The notes under the pieces are model-generated. The model was not told the DNA's origin. It ran no database searches and saw nothing but the letters and a program-made list of their open reading frames with translations. The translations under genes and the position numbers were made by a program. Shown here in pieces: positions 49,101 through 60,900 of a stretch of 64,000 nt of DNA (position 1 is the first letter of the stretch; each line of letters starts with the position of its first letter). Origin of the DNA: Orbicella franksi (taxonomy: Eukaryota); NCBI GenBank assembly GCA_964199315.1, contig OZ116708.1:3906001-3970000 (forward strand), read 5' to 3'.

Positions 49101-51720
49101 AAATCATATATTGGTAAAAAAAAACACTTCCATGTAAGCATACTTGTAACTGTTTAAAAATGGAAACTGAGCAGTTTGGAAATTGATTTTATCATAAAAA
49201 AGTTACAGTTTACGACTGAAGGTAAGTGAACATTTCTTGTCAAATTGCCTTAATTAAATCCTATTAAACATTTGTTAACTTGGTACATGATAATTGAAAC
49301 TTTTTTTATTTTAGGTTTTTTCAATATCTGACCTGCATATCAATTTCTGCTTTCACAGCTTTACCATCTGCCCACTTTAACTTCTCTCTTGCCTTTCCTA
49401 TAATACAAAATGAAATGCATTTTTGTTGTAATGTGGCTGTTGAGCTATGTACTTACAAACAGTGTTTGGCATCTATTGATCAACATTTCAACGTCAGCAT
49501 TACTGACAATATCATTGTCAAATGAATGGTTCAAAGAAATATTCAGATATTCATAAACTTCACGATTATGTCTTGATGTACCAGTTGATTTTCACAATCA
49601 ATAATTTCATAATAAAAACATATTGAGGTTATACTAATTACACTGTAATGAGGGTATAATATTTTCATGCTTACTGAAACTGGTAGGGTCTTACTAACCC
49701 ATTATCATTCCAACATTAAACTTGTATCGCTTCGTCAACAACTCTTCCTTGTGCTTCTTAATAAGTTCTTCAACCTTAGAGATAGAAAATAAACTATTAA
49801 GCAACTAAAGTTTACTTTATAAGTCTTAACCAATTTAGTCTAGATACATAGAACACAAGCCTAGTAAAGTTTGATCCTAGGCCTGTGATCAACTGTGAGA
49901 TTCCTGTATCATGAAGACACTTCTTCTTCCCAGATGGGATACTAACTAACTAGTAGATAATAATAGACAAGTGGATGCCTTTATAATCATCTTGAGAAAC
50001 AAGAAGACAGACTCTTTTACTTATTACAGTCAAACTTCTCTACAATGGCCACCCAAAGAACAGAGTTAACTGACCACTATGGAGAGGTGGCCATTGCTAG
50101 GAGGTTAAAGTACCAGTAAGAGCAAATCTCTCAACTGGGTCGAAAAGATGTGGCCACTATAGAAGTGGTTGTTGAAGGGAGGTGGCCGACCGTAATTATT
50201 AGTTATGAGTACATATTTCTCCCAAAGGGCATTGCATTTCTTAAGTCAGGATGAAGAAAAGCAAACTTTGGAACATTTACAAGCCATGCACCTTCATCTG
50301 CAAAAAAATGTACTTACACAATCTTCAATTTGGTCAGGTGTGATAGTCACTCCAATGCCACAGCTGTTTTCAAAAGAAGCAACATCGACTGGCAAAACTG
50401 GATTAGTCTTCATATATTCCACAGCCGCTAAGCAATGAGATTAAGTTAATTAACAAATAATTAATAAATGACTTCACTAACATTTACATGACTGACTAAC
50501 AGAGAGACAGACAGACAAAAAGACAAACTGGCTAATAGACAGGTGGACAGAGGGACAGAGGGCCAGATAAATTGCTGAAGAGACAGGCAGACAGAGGAAT
50601 GAATGGACAGACACAGATGGACAGATGGACAGACAGACAGAGAAAGGGACAGACAGATGGATGGACAGACAGATGGCCAGACAGACAGACAGACAGACAG
50701 ACAGACCAACAGATTGACTGACTGACTGAGAGTCGCATGGAGGGGATGGAGAAAGGGAAGGATGAAGGAGCCAAAGAAGGAAAAGGGGGTGAGAGAGGAA
50801 GAAGAAAAGAGTGCAAGAAAGACATGAGGGAGAAGGTGAGACAGAGGGAGGGACAAATGGCAGGATGCTAGGTGGGAGGGAAAGAGAGAGAGCAAGAAAT
50901 GTCTCCTATTTACCCAATGTCCCAAATAGATCACCCCAGTGGAGTCTCTCTCAGACACCTCTTTCACAAACTTTGGACTTAGGCTCATGCACCTTACCTG
51001 TCAACTGTATTGAAGAAGCTAGTTTCCTGTCTGCAATATACTCAGAAACAAACTTGATCTGCCAGTCCTCTTTGACACTGCTGCTCGCTAATGAGTACAA
51101 CAGTACACCAGTGGGTTTCTCAATTACCTCCGCAGATTTTTCTTTCATCTGTTATAAACAAACAGCACCACAACAAAACCTTTAGCTAGAAGGCTATTCA
51201 AGTGTAAAGGCTAGAGGAAGTACCTGTATTATAATTAAGCATTTAATTTTGCAGATAATTTAAACACTTGAACGATTTCTAGTGACTATTTCTCTACACA
51301 ATGCAAAAGCTACATAGGTAATGTTAACAATACAAAAATAACGACAAATTGCGGTCCGGAAATAACGCTATCCTCAAATGTTACTACAATGTACTAGTTA
51401 TTGCATCAGCTACTGTAAGCTTCTATATAACAGGCCACTGAAATTTGCATCTTACGTATTAAATATAAAGAAATTGTCTGTTGTATTGAATTCTACAAAC
51501 TGACCATGTTGTCACACATACAAAAATGCTGCACCTAGCTCTCCCTGTATTCTATAATATCCGGAAAAAAACATTTTCTAGCTAATTAAATTGTATGGTA
51601 AACTGTACTCACCAAATTTATGATAGACTCAAGCCGTTTGGAAAGCGCGTCATTCTTCAATGTTTCTTGCGCTTTCTGCTCACTTAAGCCGATACTCTGG
51701 AAGAGAGTAGCCTTGTCCAT
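40187..51720 (-). CDS. QARS1: Glutaminyl-tRNA synthetase, eukaryotic type with N-terminal appended domain
   Basis: Multi-exon translation: [23 protein letters not shown] (exon 1, 51720-51613); [20 protein letters not shown] (HIGH motif, ~47392-47304); [14 protein letters not shown]; GHAYVCHQ...SPWRDRP; [24 protein letters not shown]; [19 protein letters not shown] (class I KMSKS-equivalent); [17 protein letters not shown]; KAFIHWVS; [14 protein letters not shown]; [16 protein letters not shown] (stop 40189-40187). Confidence 0.98.
44180..44790 (+). mobile_element. Decayed RTE-like LINE 3' fragment in a QARS1 intron
   Basis: Translation [24 protein letters not shown]...KLQV...[12 protein letters not shown]...GQQP..REIR.R.W matches the post-RT C-terminal region of RTE-type non-LTR retrotransposons, with deletions and frameshifts. 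Confidence 0.8.
45952..45972. repeat. (GTT)n microsatellite
   Basis: About 7 GTT units. Confidence 0.9.
48596..48808. mobile_element. MITE in a QARS1 intron
   Basis: TIR pair agttccagaaaatatccatac / gtatggatattttctggaact, with internal palindromes ttggaatttcc. Confidence 0.85.
50480..50730. repeat. Degenerate (GACA/GATG)n microsatellite followed by a purine-rich tract
   Basis: Long acag/gaca run inside a QARS1 intron. Confidence 0.9.
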
Positions 51721-52680
51721 CACTGATCGTGAAACAAACAGAGGAGAAAACGAAATACGATGGGAGAAAGAAGTGAAAAGAATCCTTGATCCACGAGAAA
51801 ACAGCCACATGCAGGAAATGAACTAAAGCTTAGTAGCCGCGCACCTGTTGATAAGGGACTGGATGGACTGTGATTGGCGGGAATACTCGCGGGATTTTTA
51901 TCCACGGGACTTGCTCAAAAAGAGATTTTTGTGTATTTTCGTCTTGGTTTCCCAGTGGTTTCCTAGTGGTTGCCCAGTGGTTTTCCAGTGGTTTTCCAGT
52001 AGTTTCCCTGTGACTGCCTCTGACCCGACAAAAATCAAGATTTTTCGTTCGTAAGTGGTGCGTTCATTTTCAAAACTGAAGCAAGTAGCGTGGAGGTATT
52101 TTTCGCGACTCAAGTTATGGCGTTGGTGTGGAGGTCATTGGCGGTTATAACGAATTTATCTTTTTCTCAAATCAACCATAATGTTATTCAAGAGTTTTAA
52201 CATTCAGTTTTTGTACGATTTCGATGCCTGTGTTGTCAACTCAGTCGCGTCTGACGATAAACAACTGTTGCGTCATGATAAATGAAACAAAACCTCCGAG
52301 CCTACAGAAAACAAAAGTGGCTTGTTCGAACGTAAAAATTAACAGTCTTATGCCTACCGAGATATGTACAGTAGCTCGGCGACGCCAAATACATACTTTT
52401 TTCATAATACAGGTCGATAGTGGCAACTTATACAGCTGATGTGGACCTGCCTAAAAAGATTAAAATTCTAAAATCTACTATTAAACAATTCTTACGGAGC
52501 ATTGATACTAAATCACCTACTAGTTATTTTATTCCATAATACAAAAAACTAATATCCTTATTGAGATTTTTGGTGGTCCCTTTGACAAGATTTGGGGTCA
52601 CGACACAAATTTACCAATTCTACGAGTCAAATAATTAACGAAGGTCATATCCTAAAGACATTTACTTATAATTTAATATA

Positions 52681-53015
52681 GGAGCCCATCACTAGGAGAG
52701 TGCAACTTCCATACTAGCTCATACTAAGCCTACGGTCACGACATTTTTACAGACCGGTCCATTTTCTTTTCCCCCGAAATGGTTCAGTTGCGGTCTACAT
52801 GACCGTGCATCAGTAGGATAAAAACGGCGGTTTTTCATTGTAATCTCCTGGTGAAATGATGACGTCAGTTAAAAATTAAGCCCGTGCTTGTGGATGGTCG
52901 TTGACGTTACTGTGGGGTTCTGAATTCGCGGTAAATTTAAACTGAAAATAGATCGGTCTGTGAAAACGCCGTGACAGGAATATGGGGTAGTTGCGCGCTC
53001 CTAGTGATGGGCTCC
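52681..53015. mobile_element. MITE upstream of QARS1
   Basis: Perfect 18-bp TIR ggagcccatcactaggag / ctcctagtgatgggctcc, with further subterminal inverted similarity. Confidence 0.85.
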
Positions 53016-53641
53016 TGCTAGAAGTCAAGACCTCACGCACATCGAAGCACAAAGCAATATTATAACATTCCCCATCAGAATGCAGCCACAGTAGCTTAGT
53101 CGAGTTTCGGTTAATGTGATGTTCTGCGTGAAATTTTCTCTTCTTCTGACAACGGTCTAGACTTTCTGAAAAGTCCTTCGTCTTGTTTATTCAGTACCCG
53201 CCGGACCTCTCGCGACCTTAAAAACGGCCGCTTCACGGCCTAATATCTTCTACCCCACTTCGCGGTCTAACATATTCTACCCTGAAATTCATGAGGTCGA
53301 CTTGTGGCAAGTCTATCGAAGGTCTAGCTTTATATGCTTCGCTGGTTGGAGAAAAACTCGAGGCCTTTGGCGCCAAACTCAAAGCCTTTGAAAATCATAT
53401 ATGCTCCCTCTCACGGTATTTGCGATCTTTTACTTGTGAGCGTTAATTTGCTGTTTCTCAGCTTCAGTCAGTTATCATTGTAATACTGATATGTTCGGTG
53501 AAATCTCTTTAAATTTCTTCTCGGATAGAAGTGGTCTAAAATATTTTGCGTGAATGCCGTTGTTGTCTCCGATGCCCTAACGAAAGTTTTGCGCCGGCGA
53601 GTGAAGGTCATTTGATGGTCAAGCTGCACTGAAAGGTCGTT

Positions 53642-53643
<2 letters not shown>

Positions 53644-53686
<43 letters not shown>

Positions 53687-54235
53687 GACTTTATTGGATA
53701 ACACAATTACTGGTAAAACCAGTAGTTCTCATTCTCATTTTTCTACAATTACAAATTCAATTGCAAATTCAAATAGAAAAATACAAAGAAAAAAATACAA
53801 TTGAAAATTCATTAGAAATTTCTACTTATAATAAAGTTGTTAATTCTAGAGCTCTGATCTTTGTATTTCTTGTATACAGTATTAGATTTCTAAATTTACA
53901 AAGGAGAATGAGGCCCCTCGTAGTACTGTCTTGATTGTTCCATAGTCTAGTGCCACTTGCAAAACAAGAACGTTTGCCGGTCTTGGTGTTTAAAAAAGGA
54001 GTGGTGAAGTCCATGTTAGTTGACGCCCGAGTTGTGTAATGATGTCTGTTATTGACAAAACGAATATAATGATTAAAGTAATCAGGACACTTCCCATGGA
54101 TAATATCATGCAAAATACACAGTTTCCTCAACTTTATTATGTCACTGCAGTAATGGGGATCCAGCCTAACCTCTTGAAAAGGCCAACTGAACTTTCATAG
54201 ATCCTAGCATCTAAAATTACTCTAACGCAACGTTT
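53644..54235 (-). mobile_element. CR1/L2-like LINE 3' fragment with (TTTA)n tail
   Basis: Minus-strand translation KRCVRVILDARIYESSVGLFKRLGWIPI ... KLCILHDIIHGKCPDYF...HHYTTRAS...KTGKRSCFASGTRLWN is typical of the LINE ORF2 C-terminus. It ends in a (TTTA)n microsatellite at ~53644-53685. Confidence 0.85.
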
Positions 54236-56031
54236 GACTCAATAAGCTGCATCAAATCAGATTCTGACCCTGACGAACTGATGTCGGCATTCTCTCCTTC
54301 ACTTTCACTTTGCTGCGGACTGTTATCGACTGTGTCACGGCGCGTAATTGCGCGCAGGAAATCGAGACGTTCCTGCGCCTGAGAAGCTTCCATGTCGAGG
54401 GCCATCTCCACCGCCTTGTCCTTCGCCAAACGAGCAAACTTCTCTGCCTCCGCGTAATTACCTCGTCGGTATTCCAAATCAGAACTAGCCAGGTAGAACA
54501 GAGTTTTCTCTACCCGCGCAAATTCCGACCAGTACTTGTTTCGCATCGTGTCTAAGCACGACTGGGCTGTCGCGATAAATTCCTTGCTCACAGAACGTTT
54601 TCGCGCGGCATCGCTGAGGCAATCGAGCAAAAGCATTGCCATTTTGACCAACACGACCTCATAGTGGTGTTTCATCACAGACACTTGACTGTTTTCTGTT
54701 TCCACGCGCTGGTAGACGTCGATGCACTTTTCCAGATTACTTCGTTCTTCATTCACTTGTTTGAGGCTTCGATGAGGGGTGCGTCCAATGAAATCCATTA
54801 ACATACTTGCTCTCTCGTAAGCAATCAAGCTTGTGTCCATGCTCTTTTGACACGCAGCAATGTTTTGCCCGGCTAGGTGCACACAGTACTCAGCCTTCCC
54901 TAGGTTTCCTTGCCTTCTAAAGATTCCTGCTCGATAGCCGTAGCCCCTTCCGGCCAGAAGATGTGGATTTTTTGCTTCAGACATGAAACCGAACGCTTCA
55001 TCGATCAACTGTAGAGCGCGGTCCGGCTCATTTTGATAACAAGCTTCCATGCTTTGCTCCAGTTTTATGGCAGCCTGAGTGTCCGCATCAGTAAACTTCA
55101 GCAATAGCTCGCTAGCGTAATTGTTAAAATCTTCCCACCTAGCATTGTCTCGACTTGACTGAAGCCGTTTCACAACCCACGAAGATCTTTTGTAAAGCAC
55201 AGTACTCTCTTTAGAAAGGGACGGTGGACTCAACGCAAACAATGGGGGAACAGCGCTCTCTTTCGCCTTTTTCGTAGTCTTGCGAGTTCTTGATTTCGAT
55301 GATTCCGGGGACCCTGTTTCTAGCGTGACCAAAATTTGGCAGATAGTTTCACAAGCAGTAGTGTGTCTCTGTACAATTCTCTTTTTTCCCCTTCTTTTCG
55401 GTGGAATAGCGTCCAATGAAAAGCTTACCTTGTATTTGGTTTCAGGCTCATGGAAGCGAAACAGATAGCCGACAACTCCTGCCATGGACTCGTTTGCGTC
55501 GCCTGTAGTTTCGCTTTTGATGCGTTCACACTGATAGTCGGGCAATTTAAGACTAGATCCATCAGCTCCATCGTAACTTACGGCCACTGTTACATCGTAA
55601 TTATCTGAGATGTCAAGTGCTTCGCTTGTCTGTTGATTCTTACAGACCAACAACTGAACTAAGTGATCGAATTGACAATCAGGGAAGCCAAGCCTACTCC
55701 GACCAACGCTCAAAAGTCCATGTGGTTTCCAGAGTTCTCTCAATACAGGACCACCTTCATCGCCGCTTTTAACGTAGCTGAGATTTTCAGAACTGGTCGG
55801 ATCATCTACTGATCTAAAGCTTAGGACATTATCTCTACCAACTTGCAAAAAACTGGCGTTAATATTCAAAACAAAGGAGTTGTTATTACTTCTGCTTGTT
55901 GTTCGCTCCCCTTCGCTTGAATCACTTCCAGGAACATCAGTCCCAGTGCAACCATCTGAATCATCTGAAGCTCAGACTGCATCTAATCTTTTCACTCCAC
56001 CTTCGTCGAAAGCTCGACTACCAGTAGCCAT
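54217..56031 (-). pseudogene. RHIM-like + TPR-like intronless gene interrupted by an in-frame TGA at codon 20 (pseudogene or null allele)
   Basis: AAAATGGCT start at 56031 (MATGSRAF...) is in frame with the 550-aa ORF 54217-55869, with a single TGA at 55974-55972. It contains LNINASFLQVGRDNVL (RHIM-like) and a helical Ala/Leu-patterned TPR-like C-terminal half (RGYGYRAGIFRRQGNLGKAEYC; FYLASSDLEYRRGNYAEAEKFARLAKDKA). Confidence 0.7.
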
Positions 56032-56463
56032 TTTACTCGGTAAATTTAATTCTCACGCTTTCCACACTGAGTCAGCCAGCGAGTTGTCGAAATACCAGTT
56101 TTTTTTGTTTCTTTTTCGCGCGAACAACTTTATCAGGAAGTTATCGCTCAGTAGCCAACTTCCATAACGGCTAATGAGTAACAGTTTAGCTAGAAAGCAA
56201 GATATCGCCGTGAGTTCAGGCTGTATTCTGATCCATACTCAAGCCATTTCACAACATGATCATTTTAGCCATGATCAGAGTTGAATTCGAAAGCTAAATT
56301 GTTTTTTTACCTTAAATATGCAAAGCATCCAAGAGATATAGTGGGGGTTTGTATGCAAGTGAGTCACTCGGAAGCTCGATCAATCAGCCATGCAATCACC
56401 AGATGGAGTTAAAGAAGTGTTTTAATTTGTATGCACTCACTTACAAACGAAAGATGTACTGGA

Positions 56464-56940
56464 CCCCGGGTAGGGGGGGGGTACTCCCTTATATGAGCTA
56501 TATAAGTATGTGCAGCCCCAAAGGGTATAGTTTTTCAGCTGTTTTGGTCCTAAACAGGGTATCGATTTTAGCCTGTTTTGGCCATTTTGGTTATAAGTAG
56601 GGTATGGTTTTTGTACTCTAGCCTTGATATGGGTATGTTTTTAAGAAGAAGCCACTTTTTCGTCATTATCGAAAAGAAAATTAGCAAAAGCCCTTCACAA
56701 ATTATGTTAAGGGTAATTTAACATTGGTCTGAACCAGGGAACTTATTTTAACGCAGGTCCGCTGAAACTGGGTTTTGATTTCATGGTCAGGTCATAAATA
56801 GGGCATCGAATATTTGGTCAGGTCATAAATAGGGTAGGGAATATTGCAGATTTTGGTCATAAATCGGGTAAGGGATTTGAGAAGCGGGCCGCACACCCCG
56901 ACCCAACTTTTCTGGGAGTACCCCCCCCCCCCTCCTCGGG
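56464..56940. mobile_element. Non-autonomous DNA transposon / MITE
   Basis: Inverted ends cccggg..ggggggggtactccc / gggagtacccccccc..ctcggg, with internal ggtcataaatagggt repeats. Confidence 0.8.
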
Positions 56941-57341
56941 TACTGGACCTGATTTGAACAGCAGTAGGTAATATTTGAACTGGTATACAGTGGCATACAC
57001 GAACTGATCTAGAATTATCTGACATATGCCGATTGGAGAGGGAATAAAAGCGATATGAAACTACTCCAGGGTCACGAAAAAAGTTTGCAAAACATAAATT
57101 ATGAGTAACAAGCAAAGATCTTGTATGTGTGCAGCAAACTAACCGCGTAACTTCCTGTGTGTTTATAACATGTACCGCTTGATTCTACCTCTCATCAAAG
57201 GCCCTGATACTGATGGTGCATGATCAGTGTTGTACTGCAGTGCAACCTTGTTATTTGCGCTTATGTTACATTAAATCATGGTTTATAGTTGAAGGGACTC
57301 TAGTAACATGAATAAATCAATTAATGGCAGTCAGTAAAGAG

Positions 57342-57480
57342 AACTTTTGCTTCAGACATGAAACTGAACGCCTCATCGATCAAGTTTAGAGCGCGGTCCG
57401 GCTCGTTTTGATAACAAGCTCTCACGCTTTGCTCCAGTTTTATGGCTATCTTCTGAGTGTCCGCATAAGTAAACTTCATA
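57342..57480 (-). pseudogene. Fragment of a paralog of the TPR-like gene
   Basis: ttttgcttcagacatgaaactgaacgcctcatcgatcaa...agagcgcggtccggctcgttttgataacaagct...gtgtccgcat aligns with ~54969-55100. Confidence 0.85.
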
Positions 57481-57529
57481 CTCTATGTTAGCTAAAAGAT
57501 GAAGGACTGATTGCATCGAACCGTGTTTG

Positions 57530-57910
57530 TGAGTGAATCATGCATGAACTGGGTTGAATGTAAAGATCGATCGGATGGTTTTGTATGGGAACTTGCCGCA
57601 GACAGATTAGACGGAAAAGACATCGAGTAGAAAGAAGCATAAGAGAAGGCAGCTGGTTCGAGAATTCTAACTTGTCAGTCGAGGTGATTAAGTTTACCTT
57701 CTGGTGGTGCCAGGGACTTGACCAATGGCAAATTAAACAGCAACTCGGACTTGGATCACAAACGGCTGTGGACTGGAACATATTATGTCGAGAACTCTGT
57801 GAGGTTACACTCTTCGAGGAAAGAGAGAAACTTGGAGGACCAGGTAAAGTTGTAGAGATCGACGAGTCAAAAATCGGCCAAAGAAAATATCATCACGGGT
57901 ACGTTGTGGA
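57530..57910 (+). mobile_element. Merlin/IS1595 (ISXO2-like) DDE transposase remnant
   Basis: RSIREGSWFENSNL...WW.QG...AVDW...CRELC...KLGGPGKVVEIDESKIGQRKYHHG contains the GG.G..VEIDESK.G.RKY..G signature of Merlin-type transposases and is truncated after the first catalytic D. Confidence 0.85.
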
Positions 57911-60900
57911 AGATTATCACTCTGATGATCCCAAAACATGGATTAAGAGAATAATGACTAACATAATAATATTAATAGATGTCCTCAGCTGCGATTGAAA
58001 CTATTTATTGACTTTTGTGAGATCCTAGCGAGGAATTTATTTACGACTGGCTGTAGGTCGTACACTGCGCACGACCTTAGCCGTTGCTAGGATAACGTAT
58101 TCCCCACGTATACATTTTGAGAATGACCAACGTGCTCTATGAGACAGTCTTGCTGACAGGCATTCCTTAGATCTTATGTTTTTGCGCTGCCTGCTGGGAA
58201 TCATGGTAGTTGTATTCATCATCTTGGATTTGATATTTGTTTTAGTGAACACAACTTCCATAATTCATTGCAGGCGTGTCTCCCAGAGGGCATTGGCCCT
58301 TTAGTTGTCTCAGCCACAAAAGAATGGTACAATGGTATTCCCTTGATTCAGAGCCAGTGATCAGGAATAGCGATTATGAACACTGAATAACCCTAGTTAG
58401 CTCATGTAACGCAATATATTATTTCATGTGATCCTCTCTTATTTGGTAAATTTCCCTTTCACAGCGGTCACACTTGATTTGGTGTAAGGTATATTTATAC
58501 CCGAAATCGAAAGGGCATTTCTCAAGACCTTTGTTTCCACATGACAACACTGACACCATAGCTTGAGGGATGGAAAAGAGATCTCGAATCGTCATTACCT
58601 GCGGGATGTCCCAGCAACTCCTTCTTTTGCTTTTTGTTTTACAAGATGCATAGGGCTTTTCAAACTACCTGATTACAGCATTTGCATTGGTATACTAGTA
58701 GAATTCTACTAATCTGTGATAGGAATCGGGCAGTAGAAATCGAGAGCGAATAATCTAATTGTTTTAGTATCAGTGATTTACTAGTCGTTCAAAACTTAAT
58801 CTAAATCATCTTCACAGACACTTCGAAAACGCCAAGAAGCGGCCGTCATTTTGTTAACAAGGGCACACTGCTACGCCGCTCACTATCTATCATGGAATAG
58901 ATGGTGAGTAGCGTAGCCAATCAGAGAACGCCATTCGTGATAGAACGCCAGTAGATTTATCCTAAAACTCGATAGAAACAAGGAGAACATGTTTTCTATT
59001 TCTTAAATGCAGCATGATGTACCTATTGTAAGTAGTGAGCTTGCATTAAACATCCCAGTAAACAAAAGGAGATTTCGTTAAATTTCTGCACAGTAAAATT
59101 TGTAGGCATAGTAATGAACAACCATTGGAATCTCTGTATAAAATTAGATTATCAAAGGTGTTGGCGACTGATTGTTGCACGGGATAAAGCGTGAGTCTAA
59201 ACCTCCTCCCCCCTTTCATGTAGGAACATGTTTTCAAGTTTTTGCATTTATCGATTGCCCCAGCTTCTTGTTCCTGATTTATCTGGTTCTGAATCATGAA
59301 ACACAAACAAAACCTCACGCCAAAATATCACGCAGCGCTACTAACACTGATCACATCACGAGAGGTCTGCTCTAGGTAACATCACGACCAAAAATAATGG
59401 ACATACTTCATTAACATTGTAAATGAAAATGATCAGTCGAATTGCTTATATAACATAACGTGTCTTTCCAATATTTTGATATTGATATTAAAGAAGTAAC
59501 AAAACTTCATTCTGTCATGTCTGTTGCCTCTCTTTACTGTAAAAATAACTAACAGGCCGAAGAACCAATCAAAAGAATACTTGAAAACGAGGGCATTCGG
59601 CTCAACTAAATTGATGAACAAGTAATGCAAACATAAGCAGGATGTCTGATTCAATTGGTTGACAAAGCAGCCTTTTGGTAATTGAAACATACATGCATTT
59701 GACTTAAAGTTTAAAAGCAGCTATTAGAAAGACGAAAAGTGTTCAATCAAACGTTTACCGACAAAAATTTGCATTTTAATCAGAAAAATTGATTAACAAT
59801 AGCGAATTGAGGATTATCAGGTATTTAAATTTTGAGTACTTTTGTACATTACATCTCAGCTTGACAATATTAAATTGTTTTTTCGTAGAGTAAATATGAC
59901 GAAAGCCACATTCAGTGATCAATTTTAAGCTTTCACTTTCTCAGTTTTTGAAGTGAGAGCTTTTACCTTTTTCTGCCCGATAATTCGAACAGTAGACGTG
60001 TATTCCAAGTTCCCTGTTTTCAGATTAGACATAAAAATCTCACTGTTTGCTAAATAGATAAAGAGATGACAATTTCCTACAAGGATGAATACACTTCCAG
60101 TGCTAACATAAAATAATTTATCTAAACATTTTGACTCACTTGAAAACCATTCTTGAGACATAGCCGGCTTTCGTGTTCGGAGCGATTTACAGTAATACTT
60201 TTTGCAATTTCATCTTTGGGTATTATTTTGGGTCAAATTGCTTCTTATGATTTCTCATTTCCTAAAAGTATTTTGCTTATAAGTGAGAGTTAATCAATAT
60301 AAACGATTGCAAACATATTCCTTTTTCTAGTTTGCTAAATCTCGCGATATCCTGAATTGTTAACGAATTTTTATTATTATTATTTCTTATTTCTGTTAAT
60401 TAAGTTTAACGAAATTGCTTGCTCAAATATCACCGTTTAAAATGTTTCGTGCTACGTTGTGCCGTTTCAAGCGGTTTTTCGCGCCTATTACCCCAAATAT
60501 AATAGATTATCTGCATGTTGCATTCAACGCTCCTAAATACGATATTGTCTTTTCCGATAATACGAAAAGAAATATATAGGAGGACTCGATTGCTTTTTGA
60601 AATACTAAGTTGATAACAAATTTCAAAGTTTTTTCCTTAATTTTCGTGCGTATTGAGATATATTATTTCTGAACTTAAATTTCAGGAAATGTTGAATTCG
60701 TGTTAGAAAAAAAACAAATGAAGAACGTAGATAGTTACTGAAAAGTATGCCTTTATTTCGCATTTCCGTATATTTCCGTATATTCTCATAATGTTTAGTT
60801 ATCAAAATACTTGAAAAAATAATTATATCGTTTCCACCGGTGAGTATTTGGCATGAATTATGGCTATTGTAGAGTTTCTTAGGATCCTACCAAACCTTTA

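Noticed and set aside
50461-50988. 175-aa Leu/Ser/Val/Cys-rich ORF
   Set aside because: It is the translation of a (GACA)n microsatellite and purine tract.
55972-55974. Selenocysteine recoding of the in-frame TGA
   Set aside because: The codon lies in a disordered N-terminal linker with no redox motif, no SECIS was recognised, and the 3' region is LINE-derived.
58037-58380. Coding-looking minus-strand segment after the Merlin remnant
   Set aside because: All frames contain stops and no motif could be assigned.
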